Shown: positions 27,047 through 36,328 of the stretch, in pieces
Numbering within the stretch: the stretch's first letter is position 1
Layout: the number at the start of each line of letters is the position of its first letter
NCBI GenBank assembly: GCA_965237375.1
Contig: CBDEFI010000006.1
Span: forward strand, 418,407-482,406
DNA length: 64,000 nt
Reading direction: 5' to 3'
From: Acidimicrobiales bacterium
GTDB taxonomy: Bacteria; Actinomycetota; Acidimicrobiia; Acidimicrobiales; CATQHL01
Program-made: the position numbers and the translations under genes
The notes under the pieces: model-generated
Databases searched by the model: none
The model's input: the letters and a program-made list of their open reading frames with translations, nothing else
Told to the model about the DNA's origin: nothing

Positions 27047-27096
27047 GTCTAAAGCATACCGATAGCGGTCGCGTTCCGCGACCTCAACAGCGGCCT

Positions 27097-27486
27097 CTAG
27101 TCGAGCAGCTTGTGGGTCCGCAGCCAGCGCTCCCACGGCGCTCGGATGTGCGGCGACAGATGCAGCTCGCCCCACATGGCCCCGACCTCGTCGACGTCGA
27201 TGAACCACAGAACGTCCTCGTCGAGGCCCTCAGTCATCACCCGCTCATAGGCGCGGCCGCGCTGCTGGCGGTCCCCCAGGTCGTACTCCCACGGCGGCGA
27301 CCAGACGACGTGGGGCGGCAGGCGCACCACCCCGGAGGCCTTCGGGCGCGAACGGTCCAACAGGCCCTCGGGGATCTTCGCCGGCGACCGTGTCAACATG
27401 CGCGTCGGCGACACCGTCGACGGATGCGGCCCACCCTCGGGGAACCATTCCTCTGGGGTCATGCTCGGCGGCGCCGGGAGTTCCAT
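27097..27486 (-). CDS. Small conserved hypothetical protein, paralog 2 of 3
   Basis: MTPEEWFPEGGPHPSTVSPTRMLTRSPAKIPEGLLDRSRPKASGVVRLPPHVVWSPPWEYDLGDRQQRGRAYERVMTEGLDEDVLWFIDVDEVGAMWGELHLSPHIRAPWERWLRTHKLLD. It lies 50 nt upstream of the HTH gene. Confidence 0.7.
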   Translation of the reverse strand: MELPAPPSMTPEEWFPEGGPHPSTVSPTRMLTRSPAKIPEGLLDRSRPKASGVVRLPPHVVWSPPWEYDLGDRQQRGRAYERVMTEGLDEDVLWFIDVDEVGAMWGELHLSPHIRAPWERWLRTHKLLD

Positions 27487-27684
27487 GCACGGAGGGTACC
27501 CACCGGCCCTGACAGGCGGCCTAGACCTCTGCGTCAGACGCTCGACCTCGGCGGCACCTCACCCGCGGCTAGCTTGCTCGATACCGGGCAGTGGTTGAGG
27601 ATCGCACGAGATTGGTGTGCCCTGGGTTTCGCGCTGTCAGGTCGCTTGATTTTGGACGGCGCTGAGCCCTACGACGAAACGCAC

Positions 27685-27922
27685 TTCCCACATCTCTACC
27701 CACACGGGATGGCGTGATGGCTGACGCACAGCAGGCACGGATGCAACCGTGTCAAATGAAGCGCCGCTATGACCTCGTAGTTCTGGGTCTTCACGGCAAC
27801 TCATGAGTGCCCATGGGGTCGCATGAGCGCTCGGAGTGGGGTGTTAGCGAGTACCTCTGACCAGCACCTTCGCCGCAGCGGCTGGAGACCTCCACATTTT
27901 GAAGGGGTAGGTCTCCACATTT
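27685..27922 (-). promoter_or_regulatory. Island-junction module (degenerate core, two kinds of arm repeats)
   Basis: TTCCCAC/TACCCAC lie at 27685-27691/27697-27703. Conserved arm: ...gcgccgctatgacctcg...catggggtcgcatgagcgctcggagtggggtgttagc. CTCCACATTT lies at 27890-27899 and 27913-27922 (23-nt period). Confidence 0.5.
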
Positions 27923-28144
27923 CCGAAGAGCCGCTCTTCACGCTGCTCGCGATGGGCGGACACACCTTGCCAGCAGCACGCTACTGGGGGTACCTGGCGA
28001 ACTCGCAGATTCTGGCGTTGCTGGCTCAGGCGCGGCGCTGGGGGTTGGTTTGATCCGTGGTTTCGACGTATTCGTCCCGCATGGTGAAATGGCCGTCCAG
28101 CACCCAGACCTCGCCTCGCTCGGGGGCCAACTTCCGGCCTCACG

Positions 28145-28999
28145 ATGTATACTGCTCGTATGCACGCTGCCTCGATACTCGACTCGTTGCCTGCCGCCTT
28201 CGCGACCACTCAGTACCGCGACTTGGCAGGAGTCTCCGCATCATCGGCCTCACGTGCGTTGCGGCACCTCGCAGAGCGAGGAGTGGTGCGGAGCGCGGGA
28301 CGCGGTTGGTGGTACAGGTCACGCTCAGGCGTTAAGCCAGCCGAGGTTCTTCTCGGGACTCCCGCGGGAATGTGGACTCCAGATCTTGAGTGCATTCTTG
28401 ATGCGCTGTTCGGTGCCAGCGACCGTCGTATTGCGTACCTCAGCGGGCTGGACGCAGCGGGGATCCCCCTTACCTTCCCCCTGACGGTTGCGACCAGCAC
28501 ACGAGCCAGTGAGCGCGCAGCGACGGTAGGGATCACACATGTGCGGGAGCCAGCGAACTCCCTTCATAGCGGCGTGCGACGCTTTACTGCGCGGACCTTG
28601 GTGTCTGAGCCACAACGCGCACTGTTGGAGTGTGCACAATTCCCTCACCACGCGCCCCGCTGCGAAGAGTACATCGGCTACGCCGTCTGCTGGGGTGCCC
28701 CGGAGTTTAACCCCGACGCAGTACGTGCCCTAGGTGTGGAATTGGGTTGGTGGGCCGGTATGCGCCGCATATCGTCCATCGCGGCCGGCCTCTCGCAAAG
28801 CGAGGTGACAAGCGATATTGACGTGAGCCCGGCACGCGGATGGGCAGAACTGATGCCGACAGCTCGCAGGGGTGACCGGTGGATCAACGTCAACAGCAGG
28901 CATGCGCAGCGGTACGCTGGCACCAACTGGACTGACGCCGCGAGGCGAGTCAATTGGTGGACGACCCCAGGTGCTCTTGCACGTCAGATACTCGGCTGA
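28145..28999 (+). CDS. AbiEi-family type IV antitoxin (wHTH N-domain)
   Basis: ILDSLPAAFATTQYRDLAGVSASSASRALRHLAERGVVRSAGRGWWY... Positioned immediately 5' of an AbiEii gene with a TGATG junction. Confidence 0.7.
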   Translation: MYTARMHAASILDSLPAAFATTQYRDLAGVSASSASRALRHLAERGVVRSAGRGWWYRSRSGVKPAEVLLGTPAGMWTPDLECILDALFGASDRRIAYLSGLDAAGIPLTFPLTVATSTRASERAATVGITHVREPANSLHSGVRRFTARTLVSEPQRALLECAQFPHHAPRCEEYIGYAVCWGAPEFNPDAVRALGVELGWWAGMRRISSIAAGLSQSEVTSDIDVSPARGWAELMPTARRGDRWINVNSRHAQRYAGTNWTDAARRVNWWTTPGALARQILG

Positions 29000-29859
29000 T
29001 GCGACCAGAAGAACTCACCCCTGTCGCGGTGTTAGCGCGTGATCGTGTCCAGCATTTCATCGTGACGGCGATCGCAGACCGTCAAGCGGCGCGCAGGCGG
29101 CTGGTATTCAAAGGGGGCACCTTGTTGCGCTCATGCTGGCACCTGGACTACCGCTACTCCGAAGACCTCGACTTCGACTGGGTTACCAACCCAGAGGAGA
29201 CTAGGGAAGACCTCGGGCTGTTCCTGCGATCTGTACTCAGGGACGCATCTCGAGCCTCAGGGGTTGATCTTGCATTTCGCGACCGCCGTGGGCGGCTAGC
29301 GGTCACATGGGCAGCACCTGATGGGCCGTCAGGTGTCATCAGTCTGGACGTGAACCGGCGGATCCACGAGAACTACACCCCCGCGATCCGTGACTGGCAC
29401 GTCTACCAGCGGTATCCGGATCTAACCACAGACACACCGATTAGCGGTTACACGCTGGAAGCCGTTATGGCGGGCAAACTGGACTGCCTTGCTGAGCCCG
29501 CCCGCTTGGCCCCACGCGACTTCTTTGATGTACACGAGTTGCTCAAGTCGAGGCAGGTAGACACCTCGGGGGCCATAGAAGCGTTCATGCAGCTACGGCA
29601 TCCAAGCACAGATACTAGGCCGGGCCTAGATGAGCTTCACGAGCACCTCCTGACGCCCGGCTACGAGCATTACGCCGACCTAGTGTCGGAGTGGTCGAAG
29701 AGCGTCGCCAAAGGTCTAGTGAGTTCGACCCATCGCGATTTCAGCCCCATCTTTGACGCTGTCGATACGATGCTCGGCGAGGTGATTACGCAGGCGATCG
29801 AACGTCCTCCGGAGCCGGAACCCCCTAAACGGCCAGTTCTAGTGGTCACTGCACGGTGA
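28999..29859 (+). CDS. AbiEii-family nucleotidyltransferase toxin (C-terminus altered by IS30 insertion)
   Basis: LVFKGGTLLRSCWHLDYRYSEDLDFDW...GYTLEAVMAGKLDCLAEPARLAPRDFFDVHELL. The last ~10 codons and the stop lie inside the IS30 terminal repeat (from 29830). Confidence 0.8.
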   Translation: MRPEELTPVAVLARDRVQHFIVTAIADRQAARRRLVFKGGTLLRSCWHLDYRYSEDLDFDWVTNPEETREDLGLFLRSVLRDASRASGVDLAFRDRRGRLAVTWAAPDGPSGVISLDVNRRIHENYTPAIRDWHVYQRYPDLTTDTPISGYTLEAVMAGKLDCLAEPARLAPRDFFDVHELLKSRQVDTSGAIEAFMQLRHPSTDTRPGLDELHEHLLTPGYEHYADLVSEWSKSVAKGLVSSTHRDFSPIFDAVDTMLGEVITQAIERPPEPEPPKRPVLVVTAR

Positions 29860-30892
29860 GGGCATGGTACAGCTCTGCTGGGCTGTGGTAGTGGAGGCTG
29901 CGTCGGCGTTGGTTGTTGATGATGGCGGCGGCGTGTTCTGCTTGTGCGGGGGTGATGAGGCGCAGGTCGGTGCCGCGGGGGAACCACCAGCGCCATTGGC
30001 GGTTGAGGTTCTCGATCTGGCCGCGTTGCCACGGCGAGTGCGGGTCGCAGAACCACACGTCGAGGTCGTAGTGGTCGGCGAGGCGGCGCCAGTGCGCCCA
30101 TTCGGGTCCCTGGTCGAACGTGAGGCTGCGGCGCAGGTGGGCGGGGATGCCGTCGAGGCCTTCGACGAGGCCGGCGAAGGCCGCGTCGGCGGTGTAGCCG
30201 TCGGGCATGGTGACCGGTATGGAGAACCTCGTGGTGCGTTCGGTGAGCCAGATCATCGAGGACCGGTTGTTGGCGCCGATGATCTGGTCTGCTTCCCAGT
30301 GACCGGCCTCGGCGCGGTCGTTCACCGCCGCCGGGCGCAGCGATATGTTCGGCCCGCCGGGCCGCGACCGGGGGTTTCGCCGCTGTCGGCAGCGCCGGCG
30401 CCGGCGGCGGCTGCGCAGACACGCAGCGGGGCGCACGTCGAGGACCCCGGCGTAGAGCGCCTGGTAGATGGTCTCGACGCACGGCCGGCCGGCGACGCCG
30501 TCCGCGTCGAGGTCGGCGCGGATCGCCTCGGGGGAGCGCCCCTGGCGCAACTCGGCGCAGATACGGTCGCGCAGCTCGCCGGGAACCTCCAGGCGCCGCC
30601 GCCGCGGCCGCCGACGCGACCGCTCGGCGCGCCGCTGCGCCGTCGCCGGGCGGTACCGGTCACGGTCGCCGCCCGCTGTGACCTCCCGGGCGACCGTCGA
30701 CCGATGACGGCCAACCCGCCGGGCGATCGCCGCCCAACTCGCCGCCGGATCCTCAATCAACGCAACAGCGATCTCCTCGCGTTCGTGCAACGCCAGCGGT
30801 GCGCCTGGCATGCTGGTACCTCCATCGGTCGGTGCTTGTGTTGGCACCGGTCATCATGACCGGAACCGTGCACCGACCGATGGAACTGGCCG
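29830..30892 (-). mobile_element. IS30-family element, copy 1 (1063 bp)
   Basis: IRs are CGGCCAGTTCTAGTGGTCACTGCACGG / CGGCCAGTTCCATCGGTCGGTGCACGG. A second copy lies at 53962-55024. Confidence 0.9.
29846..30847 (-). CDS. IS30-family transposase
   Basis: 333 aa: HEREEIAVALIED...GHWEADQIIG...LTFDQGPEWAHW...VWFCDPHSPWQRGQIENLNRQWRWWFPRGTDL. Confidence 0.9.
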   Translation of the reverse strand: MPTQAPTDGGTSMPGAPLALHEREEIAVALIEDPAASWAAIARRVGRHRSTVAREVTAGGDRDRYRPATAQRRAERSRRRPRRRRLEVPGELRDRICAELRQGRSPEAIRADLDADGVAGRPCVETIYQALYAGVLDVRPAACLRSRRRRRRCRQRRNPRSRPGGPNISLRPAAVNDRAEAGHWEADQIIGANNRSSMIWLTERTTRFSIPVTMPDGYTADAAFAGLVEGLDGIPAHLRRSLTFDQGPEWAHWRRLADHYDLDVWFCDPHSPWQRGQIENLNRQWRWWFPRGTDLRLITPAQAEHAAAIINNQRRRSLHYHSPAELYHALTVQ

Positions 30893-31283
30893 AGGGCGCT
30901 ATCTCGTTGGAGATGGTGATCACGCAGTCATGACCCTCGGTCCGGGCTAAGTCCAGGTACGCGTTGATCTGATCGGCATCAAGCTTCGCGAGTCCCGTCT
31001 TGACTTCGACGAGCGCTTCAAATGTCGCCCGGTTACCAACGCTGACCCTTATGAGGCCGTCCGGCCGAAGGGTCTTGTCCCCAGCATCGTAGGAAGGCTC
31101 CACAAACGCCTCCACGCGAGCGGTCTTGGCGCGTGTGCAGCCCAACGGCGCGAGCAACGTCGCACTGAGTGGCCTGACAATGCTCAGAACGGCTAGCAGC
31201 GCCGAGGTGGCCCGCTTCTCCGCCTCCCGTTGTCCTGTGATACCCGACACCGGTATCAGTCGTGCGGCCTCAGGTTCGCTCAT
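30893..31283 (-). pseudogene. PD-(D/E)xK-like protein, N-terminal 130 aa, truncated by IS30
   Basis: MSEPEAARLIPVSGITGQREAEKRATSALLAVLSIV...RPDGLIRVSVGNRATFEALVEVKTGLAKLDADQINAYLDLARTEGHDCVITISNEIAP. The reading frame runs into the IS30 end at 30892. Confidence 0.55.
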
Positions 31284-31705
31284 GTCGATCCCCTCGTGTG
31301 CTCTGTGCAGCCCGTCACCAAAGTCGAATGCGGTTTCGTGCTTCCACTGCGCTGAGCCCTTGAACATGGCCGCAGTGCAACCGGCAGAAACAGACTATGG
31401 CAGGAGCTTCGCAGAAGCAGGTCGAGATTTGGGCAGGTATCCCGACAACATGTGAGAGCGTGCGCCGTGCACGACCACACCGCCCTGCGGCGCTGCCGAT
31501 GGGTCCCCCAGAGGACATCGGTGCTATCCCGCCGCATTGCCCAGTTGAGGGCGACTCGCGAACCCTCTGGGCTGGCGAAGCGAGTCGTTAAGGTCTCCCC
31601 TAATCTCGTGGAAGTGCCCCGCCGGAGAGAGGGCGGCCACGGGTCGCGGGCACCGTATTGGCGAAGGTAGGTCGGCCACCCGATCGCGGGCTCCGGTTGC
31701 GTCTG

Positions 31706-32677
31706 CTAGTTGTGCATGCTGGGGACGTTGTCCCCGAGGGTTGAGGCTGGTGTTTTCCAGCCGAGCGCTCCGTGGGTTCGGTGGCAATTGTAGTAGTGGA
31801 GGAAGCCCTGGTAGGCGTTGGCGCGTTCGGTTTCGCTTCCCCAGGGGCGGATGTAGGCCCATTCCTCGAGGAGGATGCGGTGGAAGCGTTCGACTTTGCC
31901 GTTGGTCTGGGGCCGGTAGGGGCGGGTTTTCTTGACCTTCGTTGCGGTGCGTTTGCAGGCTTTGTGCCAGTCTTTGGACCGGTAGCAGCCGCCGTTGTCG
32001 GTGAGCACGCGTTCGCAGGTCACGCCCCAGGTGGCGAACCAGGCGTGGGCGCGCAACCAGAATTCTGCGGCCGTTGGGCCACACTCGTCGTCGAGGTGCT
32101 CGCTGTAGACCAGGCGGCTGCGGTCGTCGAGGGCGGTGTGCAGGTAGCGGTAGCCGACCTTGGCGCCCGGCGTGGGGGCGTTGCCGCGTCCGTGGACCCT
32201 CCAGCCGCCGCCGGGAGGGATGGCGGGCAGCTTCTTGATGTCCACATGGACGAGTTCACCAGGCCTTTCGCGCTGATAGCGCACCGGCGCCGGTTTGGTG
32301 GCGCGGTCGCCGCGGTCGAGGCGCCCCAGGCCGGCGTCGGCGAGGATCTTCTGCGCCGTGGACGGCGCCACGCCGACCCTGTGGGCGATCCAGCCGGCGC
32401 CGCGGCGCCGACAGCGACGCAGGCGGATCACCTCGGCGCGCACCTCCGGCGGTGTACGCCCCGGGCTGCGGCGCGGCCGGCTGGAGCGGTCCAACAGACC
32501 GTCGGGTCCTTCCGCGAGGTAGCGGTCGCGCCACTTGCGCACCGTCTTGGGGTCCACCTGGAACCGCTCCGCGGTCGCCGCGACACCCCAGCCCTCCACA
32601 ATCAGCACATCAACCATCCGCCGCCGCATCGCCGGCGTCAGCTTCGCGTTCAGATGCTGGGTCCTAACCTGTGCCAT
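31706..32677 (-). CDS. IS481-family transposase
   Basis: 323 aa: HVDIKKL...YLHTALDDRSRLVYSE...LTDNGGCY...RPYRPQTNGKVERFHRILLEEW. The last codon and the stop lie in the flanking CTAG. Confidence 0.9.
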   Translation of the reverse strand: MAQVRTQHLNAKLTPAMRRRMVDVLIVEGWGVAATAERFQVDPKTVRKWRDRYLAEGPDGLLDRSSRPRRSPGRTPPEVRAEVIRLRRCRRRGAGWIAHRVGVAPSTAQKILADAGLGRLDRGDRATKPAPVRYQRERPGELVHVDIKKLPAIPPGGGWRVHGRGNAPTPGAKVGYRYLHTALDDRSRLVYSEHLDDECGPTAAEFWLRAHAWFATWGVTCERVLTDNGGCYRSKDWHKACKRTATKVKKTRPYRPQTNGKVERFHRILLEEWAYIRPWGSETERANAYQGFLHYYNCHRTHGALGWKTPASTLGDNVPSMHN

Positions 32678-32792
32678 GAGCCCTCCTTGCGGGGTGTGAG
32701 CTGGTTACTTGCCCACAGCATCGCCGGAGGGCTCACCTCAACGGTGAACCCTCAATCCCATCCACCCAGGGACAACCTCCCCGGTTGTCACA
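31711..32792 (-). mobile_element. IS481-family element, copy 1 (1082 bp)
   Basis: IRs are TGTGCATGCTGGGGACGTTGTCCCC / TGTGACAACCGGGGAGGTTGTCCC. The left flank is CTAG-type (ctgCTAGt). There is no matching repeat on the right flank. Confidence 0.9.
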
Positions 32793-32812
32793 GCGACGAA
32801 GCCGCATATGTG

Positions 32813-32818
32813 TATAGT
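32813..32818 (+). promoter_or_regulatory. Putative -10 box (TATAGT) for leaderless vapB
   Basis: tgtgTATAGTaggcgtATG: the ATG at 32825 lies 7 nt after the hexamer. Confidence 0.3.
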
Positions 32819-32824
32819 AGGCGT

Positions 32825-33067
32825 ATGCCCAGGATGCAGGTTTACCTGCCCGACGAGCTCTACGAGGCTGCGAAGGTATATGACCTCCCCGCGTCAAGGC
32901 TGCTCCAGGAAGCCATGCGGGCGGAATTGCGGCGCAGAGAGTTGATCGAGGAGGCCGAGCGCTACATCGAGGAGTTGATCGCCGAGGTCGGCGAGCCGTC
33001 AGCCGACGCACTAGCACGCGCCGAGGATCTGACGCGTGTCGCCCGCCGTGCCGATGCCGGCGGATGA
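32825..33067 (+). CDS. vapB: RHH-type antitoxin (VapB-like)
   Basis: MPRMQVYLPDELYEAAKVYDLPASRLLQEAMRAELRRRE... It has an ATGA overlap with the PIN gene. Confidence 0.75.
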   Translation: MPRMQVYLPDELYEAAKVYDLPASRLLQEAMRAELRRRELIEEAERYIEELIAEVGEPSADALARAEDLTRVARRADAGG

Positions 33068-33450
33068 GCTTGCTGGTCCTCGACTCCGGAGGAATCACCC
33101 GGCTAGCGCAGCGGCGACAGGACACAGCGGCTCTGATCACCACCTTCATCCGTGCCGGGGTCTGGCCACCGATCGTGCCATCGGTCGTCATCGCTGAGTG
33201 CACCTCGGGCCGGCCACAAGCCGACGTGGCCGTCAACCGGCTCCTCAAGACCTGCGACATCATCGAGGCGTTTCCCGAGCGGGTCGCGCGACGCGCCGGA
33301 GCGCTGCGCGCTCTGGCCGGGCGAGGCTCCGCGGTGGACGCGCTGGTGGTCGCCATCGCGGAGCCCGGCGGGACGGTGCTCAGCGGCGACATGGACGACT
33401 TGCGGGCGCTCGCCGAACACGCCCAGGATGTCGAGGTGCGTCGAACCTGA
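33064..33450 (+). CDS. vapC: PIN-domain ribonuclease toxin (VapC-like)
   Basis: 128 aa: MSLLVLDSGGI...VVIAECTSG...SAVDALVVAIAEPGGTVLSGDMDDL. Confidence 0.8.
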   Translation: MSLLVLDSGGITRLAQRRQDTAALITTFIRAGVWPPIVPSVVIAECTSGRPQADVAVNRLLKTCDIIEAFPERVARRAGALRALAGRGSAVDALVVAIAEPGGTVLSGDMDDLRALAEHAQDVEVRRT

Positions 33451-33486
33451 CCGGTCGCGGTTCGAGTATCAGGGGGGTACGAAACG

Positions 33487-34176
33487 TTGAAGACCCGGCC
33501 CGAACCCCCGCACGACGCCCGGCGGGCGGAGATGGTGCGGCGGCAACTGGCCCGCCGGGGCATCTCCGACCTGCGCCTTCTGGAAGCGATGGGGGCGGTG
33601 CCGCGCGAGGAGTTCGTCCCCCGCACCCAGCGGCGCAGCGCCTACGCCGATCGTGCCCTGCCCCTCGGGTGCGGCCAGACCGTGTCGCAGCCATACGTGG
33701 TGGCGGCCACCTTGCAGGCTCTGCGACTGGCGCCCACCGACCGCGTCCTGGAGGTCGGTGCGGGCTCGGGGTACGCGGCCGCCGTGGCGGGCCGGCTGGC
33801 GGCCACCGTCGTCGCCCTCGAGCGGATCGAGTCGCTCGCCGGCAACGCCCGTGAGCGTCTGGACTCCCTCGGCTACACCAACGTGACGGTTGTCTGGGCC
33901 GACGGCACGCAGGGCCACCCGCCGCGCGCCCCCTACGACGCCATCTTCCTTTCCGCCGCTGCTGCGACGGTCCCCGAGGTGCTGTTCACCCAACTCGCCC
34001 CCGGTGGACGGCTCGTGGCACCCGTCGGTCCCGCCGGCGGCGAGCAACAGTTGGCCCTGTACGAGCGGGGCGCGCCCGGCGACGAAGCCTCGTCCGCACC
34101 CGACACGCACCGCACCCACCTGCTGCCCGTGGCGTTCGTACCGCTGCTCCCCGGTGTGCGGCGGTCGGACAAGTAG
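33487..34176 (+). CDS. pcm: Protein-L-isoaspartate O-methyltransferase
   Basis: LLEAMGAVPREEFVP...GQTVSQPYVVAATLQAL...VLEVGAGSGYAAAV...ERIESLA...APYDAIFLSAAA..VPEVLFTQLAPGGRLVAPVG. Confidence 0.9.
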   Translation: MKTRPEPPHDARRAEMVRRQLARRGISDLRLLEAMGAVPREEFVPRTQRRSAYADRALPLGCGQTVSQPYVVAATLQALRLAPTDRVLEVGAGSGYAAAVAGRLAATVVALERIESLAGNARERLDSLGYTNVTVVWADGTQGHPPRAPYDAIFLSAAAATVPEVLFTQLAPGGRLVAPVGPAGGEQQLALYERGAPGDEASSAPDTHRTHLLPVAFVPLLPGVRRSDK

Positions 34177-34232
34177 CCTGTCGGCGCCCAACGGCCCGTT
34201 CCGACACGCCGCAACCCCACCGTGACCCCACC

Positions 34233-34931
34233 ATGACATCTTCCCGACCTGTTCAGATCGTCCCCTCCACTCTCTCCGCGGATTTCAGCCGGCTCGGCGA
34301 GGAGTGCGCCGCCTTGGAGGACGCGGGTGCCGACCGCATCCAGTGGGACGCGATGGACGGGGTCTTCGTGCCCAACCTCACGTTCGGCCCCGACGTCATC
34401 GCAGCCGCCCGCCCGCACACCTCGCTGCCGTTCGAGGTCCACCTCATGGTGCAGGCCCCGGAGGCGCTGGCGGAGCGCTACGCGGCGGCCGGTTGCGAGT
34501 TGCTGATCGTGCACGCCGAGGCCTGCGTGCACCTGCACCGCACCCTGGAGCAGATCAGGGGACTCGGGGTCGCTGCCGGGGTGGCGCTGAACCCGGCCAC
34601 TCCGTCGGCGGCCGTGGCACACGTGCTGGACCTGCTGGACATGGTGCTGGTGATGACGGTGAACCCGGGCTTCGGTGGCCAGAAGTACATAGCCACGATG
34701 GAGCCCAAGATCACCGAGGTGCGCCGGCTGGCCGATGCCGCGGGGCGGGACATCGACATCGAGGTGGACGGCGGGATCGGCCCCGGCACGATCGCGGGAG
34801 CGGCCGCTGCAGGTGCCAACCTGTTCGTGGCAGGCAGCGCCGTGTTCGGCAATCCCGCTGGATTGACCGCCGCCGTGGACGATCTGCGCCGACGGGCCGA
34901 GGCGGCCCGTATGCCGGGCGCCTCTACCTAG
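34233..34931 (+). CDS. rpe: Ribulose-phosphate 3-epimerase
   Basis: IVPSTLSADFSRLGEE...DAMDGVFVPNLTFGP...FEVHLMV...VALNPATP...VLVMTVNPGFGGQKYI...IEVDGGI. Confidence 0.92.
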   Translation: MTSSRPVQIVPSTLSADFSRLGEECAALEDAGADRIQWDAMDGVFVPNLTFGPDVIAAARPHTSLPFEVHLMVQAPEALAERYAAAGCELLIVHAEACVHLHRTLEQIRGLGVAAGVALNPATPSAAVAHVLDLLDMVLVMTVNPGFGGQKYIATMEPKITEVRRLADAAGRDIDIEVDGGIGPGTIAGAAAAGANLFVAGSAVFGNPAGLTAAVDDLRRRAEAARMPGAST

Positions 34932-35551
34932 CCGATCTCGCCGCGGTTGGCGATGACCTCGTCGATGATGCCGTAGTCCTTGGCCTGCTCGGCGGTGAAC
35001 CAGCGGTCGCGGTCGAAGTCCTCCTCCACCTGGGCGACCGGCTGGCCGGTGTGGGAGGAGATGCGCTCGGCGAGGATCTTCTTGATGTAGATCATCTGCT
35101 CGGCCTGAATGGCGATGTCGGACGCCTGACCCTGCACGCCGCCGTGGGGCTGGTGCATGAGGATGCGTGCGTGCGGCAGGGCGTAGCGCTTGCCCGGAGC
35201 GCCGGCACAGAGCAGGAACTGCGCCATCGAGGCGCCGAGGCCCATGCAGACGGTGCCCACGTCGGGGGTGACGAACTGCATGGTGTCGTAGATGGCCATT
35301 CCCGAGGTGATCGACCCGCCGGGGGAGTTCACGTACAACCAGATGTCCCGGTTGCGGTCCTGGCCCTCGAGGTACAGCAACTGCGCCGTGATGTAGTTGG
35401 CCAGCTCGTCGTCCACGGTGCGGCCGAGGAACACGATCCGCTGGCGCAGCAGTTGGTGGAAGATGTCCTGCGCCGGGTCGCGTCCCGATCCGTCACCGTC
35501 CCGCAACACGGGGGGCCCGCCCGACAGGTCCACAGTCGACAACTCCACCAC
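34928..35551 (-). CDS. clpP: ATP-dependent Clp protease proteolytic subunit
   Basis: LLRQRIVFLG..VDDELANYITAQLLYLE...IWLYVNSPGGSITSGMAIYDTMQF...VCMGLGASMAQFLL...LMHQP. The GTG start follows GGAGG. The upstream ORF extension is tRNA antisense. Confidence 0.9.
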   Translation of the reverse strand: MVELSTVDLSGGPPVLRDGDGSGRDPAQDIFHQLLRQRIVFLGRTVDDELANYITAQLLYLEGQDRNRDIWLYVNSPGGSITSGMAIYDTMQFVTPDVGTVCMGLGASMAQFLLCAGAPGKRYALPHARILMHQPHGGVQGQASDIAIQAEQMIYIKKILAERISSHTGQPVAQVEEDFDRDRWFTAEQAKDYGIIDEVIANRGEIG

Positions 35552-35609
35552 TACACCTCCAGAACGTCCTGCGCGCAGGCTACCGATAATCTGAACGTCG
35601 GCCACGCCC

Positions 35610-35694
35610 GCGCCAGTGGCGGAATCTGGCAGACGTGCAGGGTTTAGGTCCCTGTGAGCTTCGGCTCGTGTGGGTTCGAATCCCACCTGGCGCA
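35610..35694 (+). tRNA. tRNA-Leu (anticodon TAG), class II with long variable arm
   Basis: Acceptor GCGCCAG/CTGGCGC+A. D region GTGGCGGAATCTGGCAGAC. Anticodon stem-loop CAGGG-TTTAGGT-CCCTG. Variable arm TGAGCTTCGGCTCGT. T arm GTGGGTTCGAATCCCAC. CCA is not encoded. Confidence 0.9.
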
Positions 35695-35734
35695 CGGCGG
35701 GCGCCGCGGACGGTTGGACGGGGCGCCGCAGGGG

Positions 35735-36328
35735 TCAGGACGGCTCGGCCAGCAGCTGCGCCAGACGCCGCAGGGCACGGCCTCGGTGGCCGATCTCGCT
35801 CTTGGCGGCGAGGCTCATCTCGGCGAACGTGACGTCGCCGGGCGACGGCACGAAGACCGGGTCGTAGCCGAAGCCCCTCTCACCGCGCCGCCGCGTGGCG
35901 ATGTACCCCTCCACGACGCCGTGGGCCGGCACGTCCCGCCCGTCGGGCCAGCGCGCCACGACCACGGTGCGGAATCGGGCGGTGCGCTCGCCCGGCGGCA
36001 CCCCGGCGAGGGCGTCGAGGAGCTTGGCGACGTTGGCGGCGTCGCCGGCGGAAGCGCCGGCGTAGCGAGCCGAATGCACGCCGGGAGCGCCGGCGAGGGC
36101 GTCGACCTCCAGGCCGGTGTCGTCGGCCAGGGCAGCGGCACCGGCGAAGTCGGCGACGGCCACCGCTTTGGCGCGGGCGTTGGCCTCCAGCGTGGCACCC
36201 ACCTCGGGAACCTCGGCCAACCCCTCCGGGCGTGCCAGCAGGATCGCCACCCCCTCCAGCGCGACCCGCATCTCCACCAGCTTGTGCGGGTTGGCCGTGG
36301 CGGCCACAAAGGTGATCGTCGGGTTCAC
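35735..36328 (-). CDS. rdgB: Non-canonical purine NTP pyrophosphatase (RdgB/HAM1 family)
   Basis: [16 protein letters not shown]...LEANARAKA...[25 protein letters not shown]...RTARFRTVV...[14 protein letters not shown]...[20 protein letters not shown]. Confidence 0.9.
   Translation of the reverse strand: MNPTITFVAATANPHKLVEMRVALEGVAILLARPEGLAEVPEVGATLEANARAKAVAVADFAGAAALADDTGLEVDALAGAPGVHSARYAGASAGDAANVAKLLDALAGVPPGERTARFRTVVVARWPDGRDVPAHGVVEGYIATRRRGERGFGYDPVFVPSPGDVTFAEMSLAAKSEIGHRGRALRRLAQLLAEPS

Noticed and set aside
33469-34622. 256-aa and 229-aa minus-strand ORFs opposite pcm and rpe
   Set aside because: They are antisense to two confidently identified housekeeping genes and carry no motifs.
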